Of a stretch of 47,914 nt of DNA, positions 7,565-16,178 are shown one piece after another. The translations under genes and the position numbers were made by a program. Source of the stretch: Candidatus Micrarchaeaceae archaeon (GTDB lineage Archaea > Micrarchaeota > Micrarchaeia > Micrarchaeales > CABMGC01); assembly GCA_038873795.1 (NCBI GenBank), contig JAVZDR010000001.1, positions 1-47,914 of the forward strand, in the 5' to 3' direction. Within the stretch, counting starts at the first letter, position 1. Each line of letters starts with the position of its first letter. A model generated the notes under the pieces. That model searched no databases, was not told where the DNA came from, and saw only the letters and a list, made by a program, of their open reading frames with translations.

Positions 7565-8830
7565 TTGGAATTTATAGCTGACTTACATGTGCATTCAAGG
7601 TATTCGCAGGCATGCAGCCAAGACATAGACTTGCAAAGCATGGCAAGCGCCGCTGCGCAGAAGGGCGTTTCAATATTAGGCACTGGGGACTTCACACATC
7701 CGCTATGGCTCAGAGAGATAAAAAGCAACCTAGTGGAGGAGGAAGATGGGCTCTACTCATATAAGCATGGGGGCGCAAAGACAAGGTTTGTGCTTAGCGT
7801 AGAGGTATCAAATGTATTTGATGTCGATGGCAGAACGAGGAAGATCCACAGCTGCATCCTTGCGGAGAGCATAGACGTTGTCGAGCAGGTAAATGAGGCC
7901 CTCTCAAAGTTCGGCAATCTTGGCGTTGATGGTAGGCCTACGCTGAACATGAGTGCGGCTGAGCTTGTTGAAGTCCTGCACAGCATCAGTGGCAAGATAT
8001 TCATATTTCCGGCGCATGCTTGGACTCCATTCTACGGTGCGCTTGGCTCTATCTCAGGCTTCGATTCTATAGAGGATGCTTACGGCGACGAGGCGATGCA
8101 CGTCCATGCCCTTGAGACAGGCCTCAGCTCAGATCCGCCGATGAACTGGCGCCTCTCGAAGCTCGACAAATACTCGCTTGTCTCGAACAGCGATGCCCAT
8201 TCCCTAGCTAATATTGGCAGGGAAGCAAATGTGCTTGAGATAGACGCCGAAAGGCTCTCTTACAGCGAAATAATAAGCGCTATAGAAAGCAAGGATAGCA
8301 AAAGATTCAAAATGACTATAGAGTTTTATCCTGAAGAGGGCAAGTACCATTTCGACGGGCATAGGAACTGCAATGTTTCGCTGAGCCCTGAAGAATCGCT
8401 GAAGTACAACAACATCTGCCCAGTATGCGGCAAAAAGCTTGTCATAGGGGTGATGCACAGAGTGGAGGATCTTGCAGACAGGCCTGCAGGCTACGTCCCT
8501 GATGGCGCAATCCCATATGTGCATGCTGTGCCTTTGAAAGAGGTAATAGCATATGTACTGAAAAAAGGCAAGGCCTCTCTGGGCGTTGAGAAAATATATG
8601 AAAAGATGGTAGAAAAATTTGGCAGCGAGTTTGGTGCCCTGTTAAAGGCTGAGATAGATGAAATTGCAAAAGTGGATCCGGAGGTGGCAAAGGCCATTGA
8701 GAATGTAAGGGCAGAGCGCGTCAACCTTATACCAGGCTATGATGGCGTTTTCGGGATTGTTGATATAATGGGCAGAATGGAGAGGCCAAAACATGGCATG
8801 CAGAACAGCCTCTCTGATTTTGTTGAGTAA
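7565..8830 (+). CDS. endoQ: endonuclease Q (PHP-domain endonuclease for deaminated bases)
   Basis: N-terminal PHP motif ADLHVHSRYS, GTGDFTHP, PAHAWTP, SNSDAHS, and Zn-finger CPVCGKK followed by GVMHRVEDLADRP. Collinear by eye with Pyrococcus EndoQ (about 420 aa). Confidence 0.8.
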   Translation: MEFIADLHVHSRYSQACSQDIDLQSMASAAAQKGVSILGTGDFTHPLWLREIKSNLVEEEDGLYSYKHGGAKTRFVLSVEVSNVFDVDGRTRKIHSCILAESIDVVEQVNEALSKFGNLGVDGRPTLNMSAAELVEVLHSISGKIFIFPAHAWTPFYGALGSISGFDSIEDAYGDEAMHVHALETGLSSDPPMNWRLSKLDKYSLVSNSDAHSLANIGREANVLEIDAERLSYSEIISAIESKDSKRFKMTIEFYPEEGKYHFDGHRNCNVSLSPEESLKYNNICPVCGKKLVIGVMHRVEDLADRPAGYVPDGAIPYVHAVPLKEVIAYVLKKGKASLGVEKIYEKMVEKFGSEFGALLKAEIDEIAKVDPEVAKAIENVRAERVNLIPGYDGVFGIVDIMGRMERPKHGMQNSLSDFVE

Positions 8831-8904
8831 GCTTACAGAAGCCAAAGGCCAACTTGCCTAAACAAACAAAAAGGAATTTATAGCTTCACTCCAGAATAAC
8901 CTAT

Positions 8905-10710
8905 GTGGAATCCAAAATGGTTTTATTTCTGCTGCCTATGATACTCCCAGCCATAGCTCAAGCAGCATTCGGTAGCGCATACATATTCGCTCCAGCTGTG
9001 GTAACAAGCACAAATCGGGGTACGCTGACCACGATATACTTGAATGTTACTGGTGGCAACGGCTCCGTCTCTGTGGTTGGGCCATCGTCCGTCGGATTCA
9101 GCACTCTATCATCTGCCAGGACTGCTGTGGCATACGCGGCAGCATTTCTTGGCGTCAATGAACAGGACTACAATTTCACATATAAGATTGAGGATCAAAA
9201 CATAAGCGTCTCAGGGCCGAGCGCTGGCTTGGCCTTCACTCTTCTTGCAATCTCAGCCCTTACCGGAAGGCCGCTTATTCACACGTTCACGCTCAGCGGC
9301 ACCATATCGCCCAATGGCTCTATAGGCCAGATAGGAGGGGTTTACGACAAGGTTGGCGCAGCAAAGGCAAAGAACCTAAGCTTCGTTCTAATGCCCGCTG
9401 CGCAGAATGGCAGTTTCGAAAACCTCATATACTATGTGGCGCAGCAGGAATATTCAATACCAATAGTAGAGGTTGCCAACGTCTCGCAGGCGCTCGGCTA
9501 TGCGTATGGAATAAACAAACCATATCCGCTTAACTTCAGCATATACACAGATTACAATGTAAGCATGATGCCTGGCGCAAATCTAACATGCACAAGCTGC
9601 AATGTAACAGCATTCAATGCCCTTACGCAATTCACGCTCAACTTCACCAGCAATGCTGTCAGCAGCATAAGCCCGAAGTTCGCATCAGCCAAAACGCAGA
9701 TGCAGAAGCTGATGGACCAATACTACCTGATGGCAAGCAAAGGCTATTATTATACGGCTGCAGATTTTTCATTCCTCCTTTATAGCGATGCGTTTGTTCT
9801 TGACAATGCTAACAACTTCACAACTGCCAAGGCCGTAAATATAACTTCCGAGATATCCAATTACTGCGCCTCTGCAGTTCCTCCGCAGCTCAACACAAAC
9901 AACTACCAGTATGTCATTGGTGGCGAGCTCAGGTCTGACTGGGCCAACACAACTCTGAGCTCAGCAGAAAGCGCACTTAGCAATGTTGAGACTACAGACA
10001 CCATAATAGAAGCTCTGAGCAGCGATGCAAATGCCTATGGATGGTGCAAGGCAGCAAACGAGCTTTATTCGCTTGCGTCTAGCATGAATGGCACTCCGGT
10101 TGCGTTATCTCCAAGCCTCCAAAATTATGCAGCGCAAGCCCTGCAATCTGCAAGCAGATATGGCAGCAACATATACCTGCAGTCAGCAGAAGAAGAATAC
10201 AAGAAAGGGAACTATGCTGCCGCAATCTATGCTGCAACCTATGCAAGCGTCCTTGGCAATACAGTAAACAGCTTCACTGCTGCACAGCTTTACAACATGT
10301 CAATAGCAAACATAGCAAACTCTACGTTTGGAATATGGCCGCAACAATATGCGCTGCAGGCTCAGTTCTACATCAATGAAGCAAAGCTGCAAAGCAATGC
10401 CAGCATCGCGTATAGCTTCCTGCAGGATGCCTATACTACATCCCTTCTTGGGAAGTCGCTTGCTGCTGATAACAAAATCATATCTGCGTCGTTCGTCAGC
10501 GCGCCATCATATTCGCTTCCAACAAGCCAGCTCAATGAGATAGAGCAGCAGGTGCGGCAGCTTTATGCCCTTATGGTAATAATGACGGCTCTCCTTTTCG
10601 GCATCTTTGTGCTATTGATTGTTTATATGTTGCGAACGCATGAAAGGGCGAATGAAAAAGGTGCAGAGGCGCAAGCTAGCACAAGAGGCACAAAACAAAG
10701 GCGAAAATGA
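8905..10710 (+). CDS. secreted, C-terminally membrane-anchored Lon-C (S16) serine protease domain protein with long helical extension
   Basis: Signal peptide (LFLLPMILPAIAQA). Ser-Lys dyad context GPSAGLAFTLL ... GGVYDKVGAAKA. About 400 aa of Y/A/N/S-rich TPR-like helices. Terminal TM (LMVIMTALLFGIFVLLIVYML) with a basic tail. 20 N-x-S/T sequons. GTG start at 8905, alternative ATG at 8917. Confidence 0.75.
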   Translation: MESKMVLFLLPMILPAIAQAAFGSAYIFAPAVVTSTNRGTLTTIYLNVTGGNGSVSVVGPSSVGFSTLSSARTAVAYAAAFLGVNEQDYNFTYKIEDQNISVSGPSAGLAFTLLAISALTGRPLIHTFTLSGTISPNGSIGQIGGVYDKVGAAKAKNLSFVLMPAAQNGSFENLIYYVAQQEYSIPIVEVANVSQALGYAYGINKPYPLNFSIYTDYNVSMMPGANLTCTSCNVTAFNALTQFTLNFTSNAVSSISPKFASAKTQMQKLMDQYYLMASKGYYYTAADFSFLLYSDAFVLDNANNFTTAKAVNITSEISNYCASAVPPQLNTNNYQYVIGGELRSDWANTTLSSAESALSNVETTDTIIEALSSDANAYGWCKAANELYSLASSMNGTPVALSPSLQNYAAQALQSASRYGSNIYLQSAEEEYKKGNYAAAIYAATYASVLGNTVNSFTAAQLYNMSIANIANSTFGIWPQQYALQAQFYINEAKLQSNASIAYSFLQDAYTTSLLGKSLAADNKIISASFVSAPSYSLPTSQLNEIEQQVRQLYALMVIMTALLFGIFVLLIVYMLRTHERANEKGAEAQASTRGTKQRRK

Positions 10711-11189
10711 TGCATAACGACGCTTTCTGCAGAAAGGAGATCTACGAGCAGGTATACTATGAGACTAAACGCACGATGGTCGCATATGACATAATGCCAT
10801 CCTTGCCGGGCCATTCGCTTGTAATACCAAAAAGGCATGTGGAAAGCATAAACGAAATGAGCGCGCCCGAAATGCTTGATATATACAATGTGCTTAGAAA
10901 AGTAATACCGGTGCTGCTCAGGGTGTATGGCGCAGATTCATATATTCTGACCGCGCAGGTCGGCAAGAACTCAGGGATGTCAATAAACCATTTACATTTC
11001 CACCTGATACCGCGGAGCAAAACCGATAAATACCACAACAATACTTCAAAGCTTTATGAAATGTTGAAAGAAGACAAATCAAGGAGGGCATACATAACCA
11101 AAAATAGGCGTGCCCTGCGGGAAAGAATAGAGAAAGATGTGGCCATGCTGCGAAAGGAATTCAGATATAGGCATTATGCTAGTAGATAG
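10707..11189 (+). CDS. HIT-family nucleotide hydrolase/transferase
   Basis: Histidine triad HLHFHLIPR. PGHSLVIPKRH. Start overlaps the upstream stop as ATGA. Confidence 0.85.
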   Translation: MMHNDAFCRKEIYEQVYYETKRTMVAYDIMPSLPGHSLVIPKRHVESINEMSAPEMLDIYNVLRKVIPVLLRVYGADSYILTAQVGKNSGMSINHLHFHLIPRSKTDKYHNNTSKLYEMLKEDKSRRAYITKNRRALRERIEKDVAMLRKEFRYRHYASR

Positions 11190-12039
11190 CAGCTATAACG
11201 AATATGACCAGAAGGGCCCACCCCATTGCGAAGAGCGAAATATCCCTTGATTTGTCGTAAAATCTTTTGCCAGCAATGAAAATATGCCCCAAGCCAACAT
11301 ATGCAAGCAGCGTGTCAGTCAAAAGTATAGGCAGGAGGTATGCAAGGTTGTGCTTGAACGGCTCAAAATAAAGGAAGATCCACACGCTTATTGCTATTGC
11401 CAGCGCGTAAAAGGCAAAAGCCACAATTGCCGCACCCCTGATACCGATTATCTTAGGCAGGTTCGTCGCCTTCCTTACCTTTATATCGCCCTCATAATCC
11501 CTTATTGTGCCATGTATCTCCCTGGCCATGCCACTGAAGAAGATCATGGCGAAAAGCCAAATGTCAGCACCGTTCAAAGCAGTAGTCATAACATAATTGC
11601 CGAATATGAAAGGCACAGCCATGGCGAAGGCCACATAGGCATTGCCAATAAGGAGCACCTCCTTTAGCCTGTAGCTGTAGAGCATTGCCAATGCGCCGAA
11701 GACAAGAGCTATTGCAAAGCAGTACCAGTTTATGAACGCGCTTGCTACGATACCTACCAAAAGGCTTGTTATAGCAACATACATGGCCTCCTTGGGCTTC
11801 AGCGCGCCTATGACAAGCGGCCTGTTTTTCTTATTAAGCCTATCTGTCTCAATATCGAAATAGTCATTTACTGCGAAGGAAGCCATGCTTATGAATATCG
11901 GCGTAATCAGGCTCAGCGCCAGTATCCAATAGCTGGGAAGGGCGTGCGCAGCTATAAGCTCAGCAGCGACAACCGCTACTATAAGCATTATGCTGTGCTC
12001 TATCCTTGTAAGCCTGAGTATCGCGCTGACTTTATTCAT
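11179..12039 (-). CDS. UbiA-family prenyltransferase, probably digeranylgeranylglyceryl phosphate synthase
   Basis: About 8 TM helices. First Asp-rich motif NDYFDIETDR, second RDYEGDIKV. Size (286 aa) is typical of DGGGP synthases. Confidence 0.7.
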   Translation of the reverse strand: MNKVSAILRLTRIEHSIMLIVAVVAAELIAAHALPSYWILALSLITPIFISMASFAVNDYFDIETDRLNKKNRPLVIGALKPKEAMYVAITSLLVGIVASAFINWYCFAIALVFGALAMLYSYRLKEVLLIGNAYVAFAMAVPFIFGNYVMTTALNGADIWLFAMIFFSGMAREIHGTIRDYEGDIKVRKATNLPKIIGIRGAAIVAFAFYALAIAISVWIFLYFEPFKHNLAYLLPILLTDTLLAYVGLGHIFIAGKRFYDKSRDISLFAMGWALLVIFVIAAIY

Positions 12040-12089
12040 GGCTTCTATATTGTAACTGCATTTATAAATTTATTCCGTCAAATTAGATT

Positions 12090-12971
12090 ATGGAACCTCT
12101 CAATCAGATGCCAAAGCACAATCTCTTCGGCTTGGAGAAGCAGGATTACAACACTGCCAAGGTTGTCGTGCTTCCAGTGCCTTATGACTCCACGCTGACT
12201 TATAAGACGGGCTCGCGAGAAGGCCCTAGAGCCATAATAGAAGCAAGCCGCAATATAGAGCTCTACAGCTACGAGCTCGGGCGCAGCTTGGAAAACCTTG
12301 GCATATACACATTGGATGAGCTTGCCCCTGATCTGAGCTCGCCAGAAAAGATGGTGGCAAGCATCAGCAGGGAAGTAGGCATAATAATAGATGACAAAAA
12401 GATCCCGCTCCTGCTTGGCGGCGAACATACTATAACAATCGGCGCAGTTAGGGCTTTCAAGGAAAGAAACACAGAAATGAGCGTCATACAGTTTGACGCC
12501 CATACAGATTCAAGGGATGAAATCTATGGAAGCAAGTACACCCATGCTACCGTTATGGCTAGGGTCAAGGAGCTCTATAGCAGTCCAGTGCAGGTTGGCA
12601 TAAGGAGCATAGACGAGGAATCTGCAGAGCGCATAGACAAAGAGCGCGTGATATTTGCCGATGAAGTCCACAGCACCAGCGCAGAAGGCATCGCGGAAAA
12701 AATCATAGGTATGACAAATGAAAATGTGTACCTGAGCATAGACTTGGACGTGCTGGATCCGAGCGAAATGCCGAGTGTTGGCACTCCTGAGCCTGACGGC
12801 CTTTCCTTCCGTGAGCTTTTGGGGATAATAAAGCACATAGGCAAATCCAAGAAACTGATGGGCTTCGACGTTGTTGAGCTTAGCCCCATACCATACATGA
12901 TTGCGCCTGATTACCTGGCTGCGAAGCTTACATATCTTACAATAGGTCACTTTTTCCAGAATCAGAATTAG
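12090..12971 (+). CDS. speB: agmatinase / ureohydrolase (arginase family)
   Basis: Mn ligand motifs GGEHTIT, FDAHTDS and SIDLDVLDP, plus GFDVVELSP. Confidence 0.85.
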   Translation: MEPLNQMPKHNLFGLEKQDYNTAKVVVLPVPYDSTLTYKTGSREGPRAIIEASRNIELYSYELGRSLENLGIYTLDELAPDLSSPEKMVASISREVGIIIDDKKIPLLLGGEHTITIGAVRAFKERNTEMSVIQFDAHTDSRDEIYGSKYTHATVMARVKELYSSPVQVGIRSIDEESAERIDKERVIFADEVHSTSAEGIAEKIIGMTNENVYLSIDLDVLDPSEMPSVGTPEPDGLSFRELLGIIKHIGKSKKLMGFDVVELSPIPYMIAPDYLAAKLTYLTIGHFFQNQN

Positions 12972-13002
12972 CAATGTAATTCAATAAAAATTCGGCAACA
13001 AA

Positions 13003-13458
13003 ATGTTCTTAAGCATGAATATGCAATTCCTCAAAACATGTGATTGGATGAAAAGATCGCCTAAAGAAGAATCGCTACAGCTGCAAGAAAATCAGCACAA
13101 GGTGGTTGGCAAGCACGTCTATGGCAACCTTTACGGGATAGAGCATGGGATCCTGACAAACATGGCCGCTCTTGAAGCTGCAACTCTGAAGGCAGCCGAG
13201 ATAGGCAACATGCACATAGTCAGCCTGATGAAGAAGCAGTTCAAGATTCAGGGTTCGCCAAACAATGGCGGCGTATCAATAATAGCCATAATAGAAGAGA
13301 GCCACATCGCATTGCACACATGGCCAGAAAGCTCATACGCCACTATTGATATATACTCATGTGGCGCGCAAACTAATCCAGATGCATCATTCTCTTACTT
13401 CGTTGAAGTGCTGAAGCCAAAGACCTATAAAAAGTACTTCGCTGACCGCAGCAACTAA
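13003..13458 (+). CDS. pyruvoyl-dependent decarboxylase proenzyme, SpeH/AdoMetDC class 1 (AdoMet or arginine decarboxylase)
   Basis: Self-cleavage context IIEESHIALHTWPE and DIYSCG. About 30 extra N-terminal residues, so the true start may be a downstream Met (e.g. 13048). Confidence 0.8.
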   Translation: MFLSMNMQFLKTCDWMKRSPKEESLQLQENQHKVVGKHVYGNLYGIEHGILTNMAALEAATLKAAEIGNMHIVSLMKKQFKIQGSPNNGGVSIIAIIEESHIALHTWPESSYATIDIYSCGAQTNPDASFSYFVEVLKPKTYKKYFADRSN

Positions 13459-13560
13459 TTTTTATTTCTTTACTGCACATATTGATTATGTATATCCCAT
13501 AGCTGATTGGCGTGCTGGGCAACGTTCCGCAAACCAACCTCTTAGGGTACGAGGCCGTTT

Positions 13561-14418
13561 ATGAGAGTCTTGCGAGGTGATTTGATAAAAACTTTTGTGG
13601 CAGTGCTTGCAGTGTTGTTCGTCTTCGGAACCACCAATGCTAGCAGCACGGTGGTGCTCTCTGGTACGTGCGGAAAGTACCCAATAGGCGGAGCCATAAA
13701 CTTCTCGCTCTCAAATAGCGGCAACACAAGTGCATATTCAGTTGTATTAAGCCCTAGGATAGTCGGCATTTCTATGCCAAGCGGTACATACAACATATCT
13801 CTGCTCAATCCAGGGGAAAGCAACACAATCGAAATACCAATTAATAACCTTCATCTGATTGGAAGTTATGTGATGTATCTTATTGCGTCTTACCAGCAGG
13901 GTGCCAGCACATTTACAGCGGTCTTCCCATGCCTTATAACGGTCAATAAATCAGCGAACTCGCAGATATATGCTACAGTTACCACTTCAACATCAAAAGG
14001 CATATCTACAATAAATGCAAGCATTTTCAGCGCTGTCCAGCAGGGCATCGTCGCTAACGTCTCGCTCATACTTCCTCCTGGATTCGACTATCTGACAAAT
14101 TCAAGTTATGCTGTGACACTGCTCCCATATGCTCGTAAAAACGTGACGTTCACTGTAAAAGCTCCTCAGACTTTTGCGTCATACAGCGGCGGCGTGGCCC
14201 TAAACTACAAGTTGAATGGCATAAACTATGCGGCTCTGGCAACTATAATAATAGCCCAGAAGAGCGGCAATCCACTTTTTAACACAGCAAGCCTTGTATA
14301 TTATGCAGCCATAATCATAATTATAATTATAGCCTTCCTGATTGTGCGTTCGGCAGTCTCAGCAAGGAGGCACGCTTCAAAGAATGTGAAGAATGAAGAA
14401 GGCGCAGGCAAACATTAG
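13561..14418 (+). CDS. surface protein with two beta-sandwich (CARDB/NEW3-like) repeats and a C-terminal TM anchor
   Basis: Signal/anchor at the N-terminus. Repeated pattern ...LLNPGESNTIEIPI... and ...LLPYARKNVTFTVKAP.... C-terminal poly-Ile TM (AAIIIIIIIAFLIV) with a basic tail. 9 sequons. Confidence 0.5.
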   Translation: MRVLRGDLIKTFVAVLAVLFVFGTTNASSTVVLSGTCGKYPIGGAINFSLSNSGNTSAYSVVLSPRIVGISMPSGTYNISLLNPGESNTIEIPINNLHLIGSYVMYLIASYQQGASTFTAVFPCLITVNKSANSQIYATVTTSTSKGISTINASIFSAVQQGIVANVSLILPPGFDYLTNSSYAVTLLPYARKNVTFTVKAPQTFASYSGGVALNYKLNGINYAALATIIIAQKSGNPLFNTASLVYYAAIIIIIIIAFLIVRSAVSARRHASKNVKNEEGAGKH

Positions 14419-16178
14419 CTTGTATAGTTAAGAAGCATGTAAAGCGCTGGTGCATTCCCTGTCGACGTTTCTGATCCCTGCACAATCAGCTTCGTCTTAT
14501 ATTCCTCCAATGTATATTTGCATGCGGTGCTGTGGTATGGCGGCACCAGGCACCAGTAACCATAATCGAACACAAAACAGTTGTATTTTGACAGTGTGTC
14601 TGTAAAGTTGGCATTCAAAGAGCCAAGATAGCCCATCTGCGCAGAGCTTCTGTTCACTTCATACCATATATCAGGAGTGAAAGAAAAAACAAGGCAGTTC
14701 GCAGGCACTTTGCTGTAGTTTGCATAGAAGAAATTCATTGCTGGCAGTATGACACCTTGCTGCGGCATGCTCTCAGGCGCGATGGTTGTAATCGGCATCA
14801 GGAGTGCAAACGGCACAAATATTGCCGCAACAACGACAGCTGCAAACACAGCATATCTGTATTTTGCGTATCTGGAAGGGAAGTAAACTACTACTGTTTT
14901 AGCGCTGGGCCTGCGCCTGATGCGGAGCATGTAGATAAGCTTGCCTGAAGCATCACTGAGTTCGGCAATGCCAACTCCTGCAAGTATTGCAATTCCTGGA
15001 AGCAGCTGAAGCATGAATCTGCTATCTACCCCATAAGTTGCAGCACCTGCATAGAAAGCTGTATAAAAGGCGAAGTAAGCAAGAATCCACAGGCCTAGCA
15101 GGAGCATTGCAGAGAATCTGTTCTTTTCTCTTGCATAGAAAGCAAGGAAGGCTGCGCCAATCAATGCAAGCAGCGTTGTTTCCCAAGGGAATACAATAGG
15201 GTAGCTGTAAATGTTGTTGTATGCACCTGAGAAGAAGTCCACATTAGGCATTAAATTCGCAGCGAAGTTTGAGAGTGAAATGATGCTCTGATTTGATGGC
15301 TGCCCATACTGTGGGGATTGAAGTTCAGATGCAAGGTAATAAACCTGTGGAATCATCATTACAATGAAAGCCAGGAAAACAACGAGCGTTTTAGTGTCTG
15401 AATTTATTGCATAGTTTATCTTAGGCAGCCTCATGCTTATGGTCTTTTTGATTCCACCCTTGCCAAAGGCAAGCATTAGTATTGCAAACAGAGCTATCAG
15501 TAATGCCCCCTCTGACCTCGCATACGCAGCCAGGACAAGGCTGAACATGAATGCTGTCAGCGTTTTTCTGTTGGTATGCTCTGCAAACACAACAAAAAGG
15601 AAGAATGCTATAGTCGAAAGAAGCATGAAATACGGGTCTGGATCTGCCTGCGTCCTAGACCATATGAAGAGCATAGGTGTGAGCGCGAATGCAAATGTTG
15701 AAGCAACTGCTATGTCATTCCTCTTGAACATAGCATATGCAAGCCCGAAGACCGCGACTATCGAAATTGCGCCTATGAGCAGCTGCATGTTATACGCGGT
15801 TGTTGTGCCTATGCCGAAGATTGCAAAAGCCATGGCTATGAAGAAAGATATTTCTACAGGATCATGGTAAATGGCATTTTCAAAGCAGCTGTGCAGATAG
15901 CCCGTGCCATATTGGCACCACAGCGCATTGCCATGCATGAGAATGTTGAGCGCAATGCCCTGGTAAATATTCTCGTCGAAGTACAGTTGCTCCACGGGCT
16001 TGACAAGTACAAGCGCAAACACGAGAAAAAACACAAGCGTCGCAATCAGCGCAATCATTGCGCCTCTGCTTACCCCAGCTATTGACTTCCTGATTTCCCG
16101 CCTGGCCAAAAACAGCGATACAATAAGACCTATAAATGAGACGGCAAAGACGGAAGTAAAAGCATAGCCCAAGATCAT
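14415..16178 (-). CDS. GT-C fold membrane glycosyltransferase (PMT/ArnT-like)
   Basis: 587 aa, more than 10 TM helices. First extracytoplasmic loop carries YFDENIYQG (the DE motif of PMT_2/ArnT-like GT-C enzymes). Cys-rich C-terminal soluble domain. Start overlaps the upstream stop as ATGA. Confidence 0.65.
   Translation of the reverse strand: MILGYAFTSVFAVSFIGLIVSLFLARREIRKSIAGVSRGAMIALIATLVFFLVFALVLVKPVEQLYFDENIYQGIALNILMHGNALWCQYGTGYLHSCFENAIYHDPVEISFFIAMAFAIFGIGTTTAYNMQLLIGAISIVAVFGLAYAMFKRNDIAVASTFAFALTPMLFIWSRTQADPDPYFMLLSTIAFFLFVVFAEHTNRKTLTAFMFSLVLAAYARSEGALLIALFAILMLAFGKGGIKKTISMRLPKINYAINSDTKTLVVFLAFIVMMIPQVYYLASELQSPQYGQPSNQSIISLSNFAANLMPNVDFFSGAYNNIYSYPIVFPWETTLLALIGAAFLAFYAREKNRFSAMLLLGLWILAYFAFYTAFYAGAATYGVDSRFMLQLLPGIAILAGVGIAELSDASGKLIYMLRIRRRPSAKTVVVYFPSRYAKYRYAVFAAVVVAAIFVPFALLMPITTIAPESMPQQGVILPAMNFFYANYSKVPANCLVFSFTPDIWYEVNRSSAQMGYLGSLNANFTDTLSKYNCFVFDYGYWCLVPPYHSTACKYTLEEYKTKLIVQGSETSTGNAPALYMLLNYTS

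Noticed and set aside
14415-16178. GT-C protein considered as the oligosaccharyltransferase AglB
   Set aside because: There is no WWDYG motif or DK/MI motif in the C-terminal domain. The first-loop YFDE motif and overall size fit PMT/ArnT-like GT-C enzymes better.
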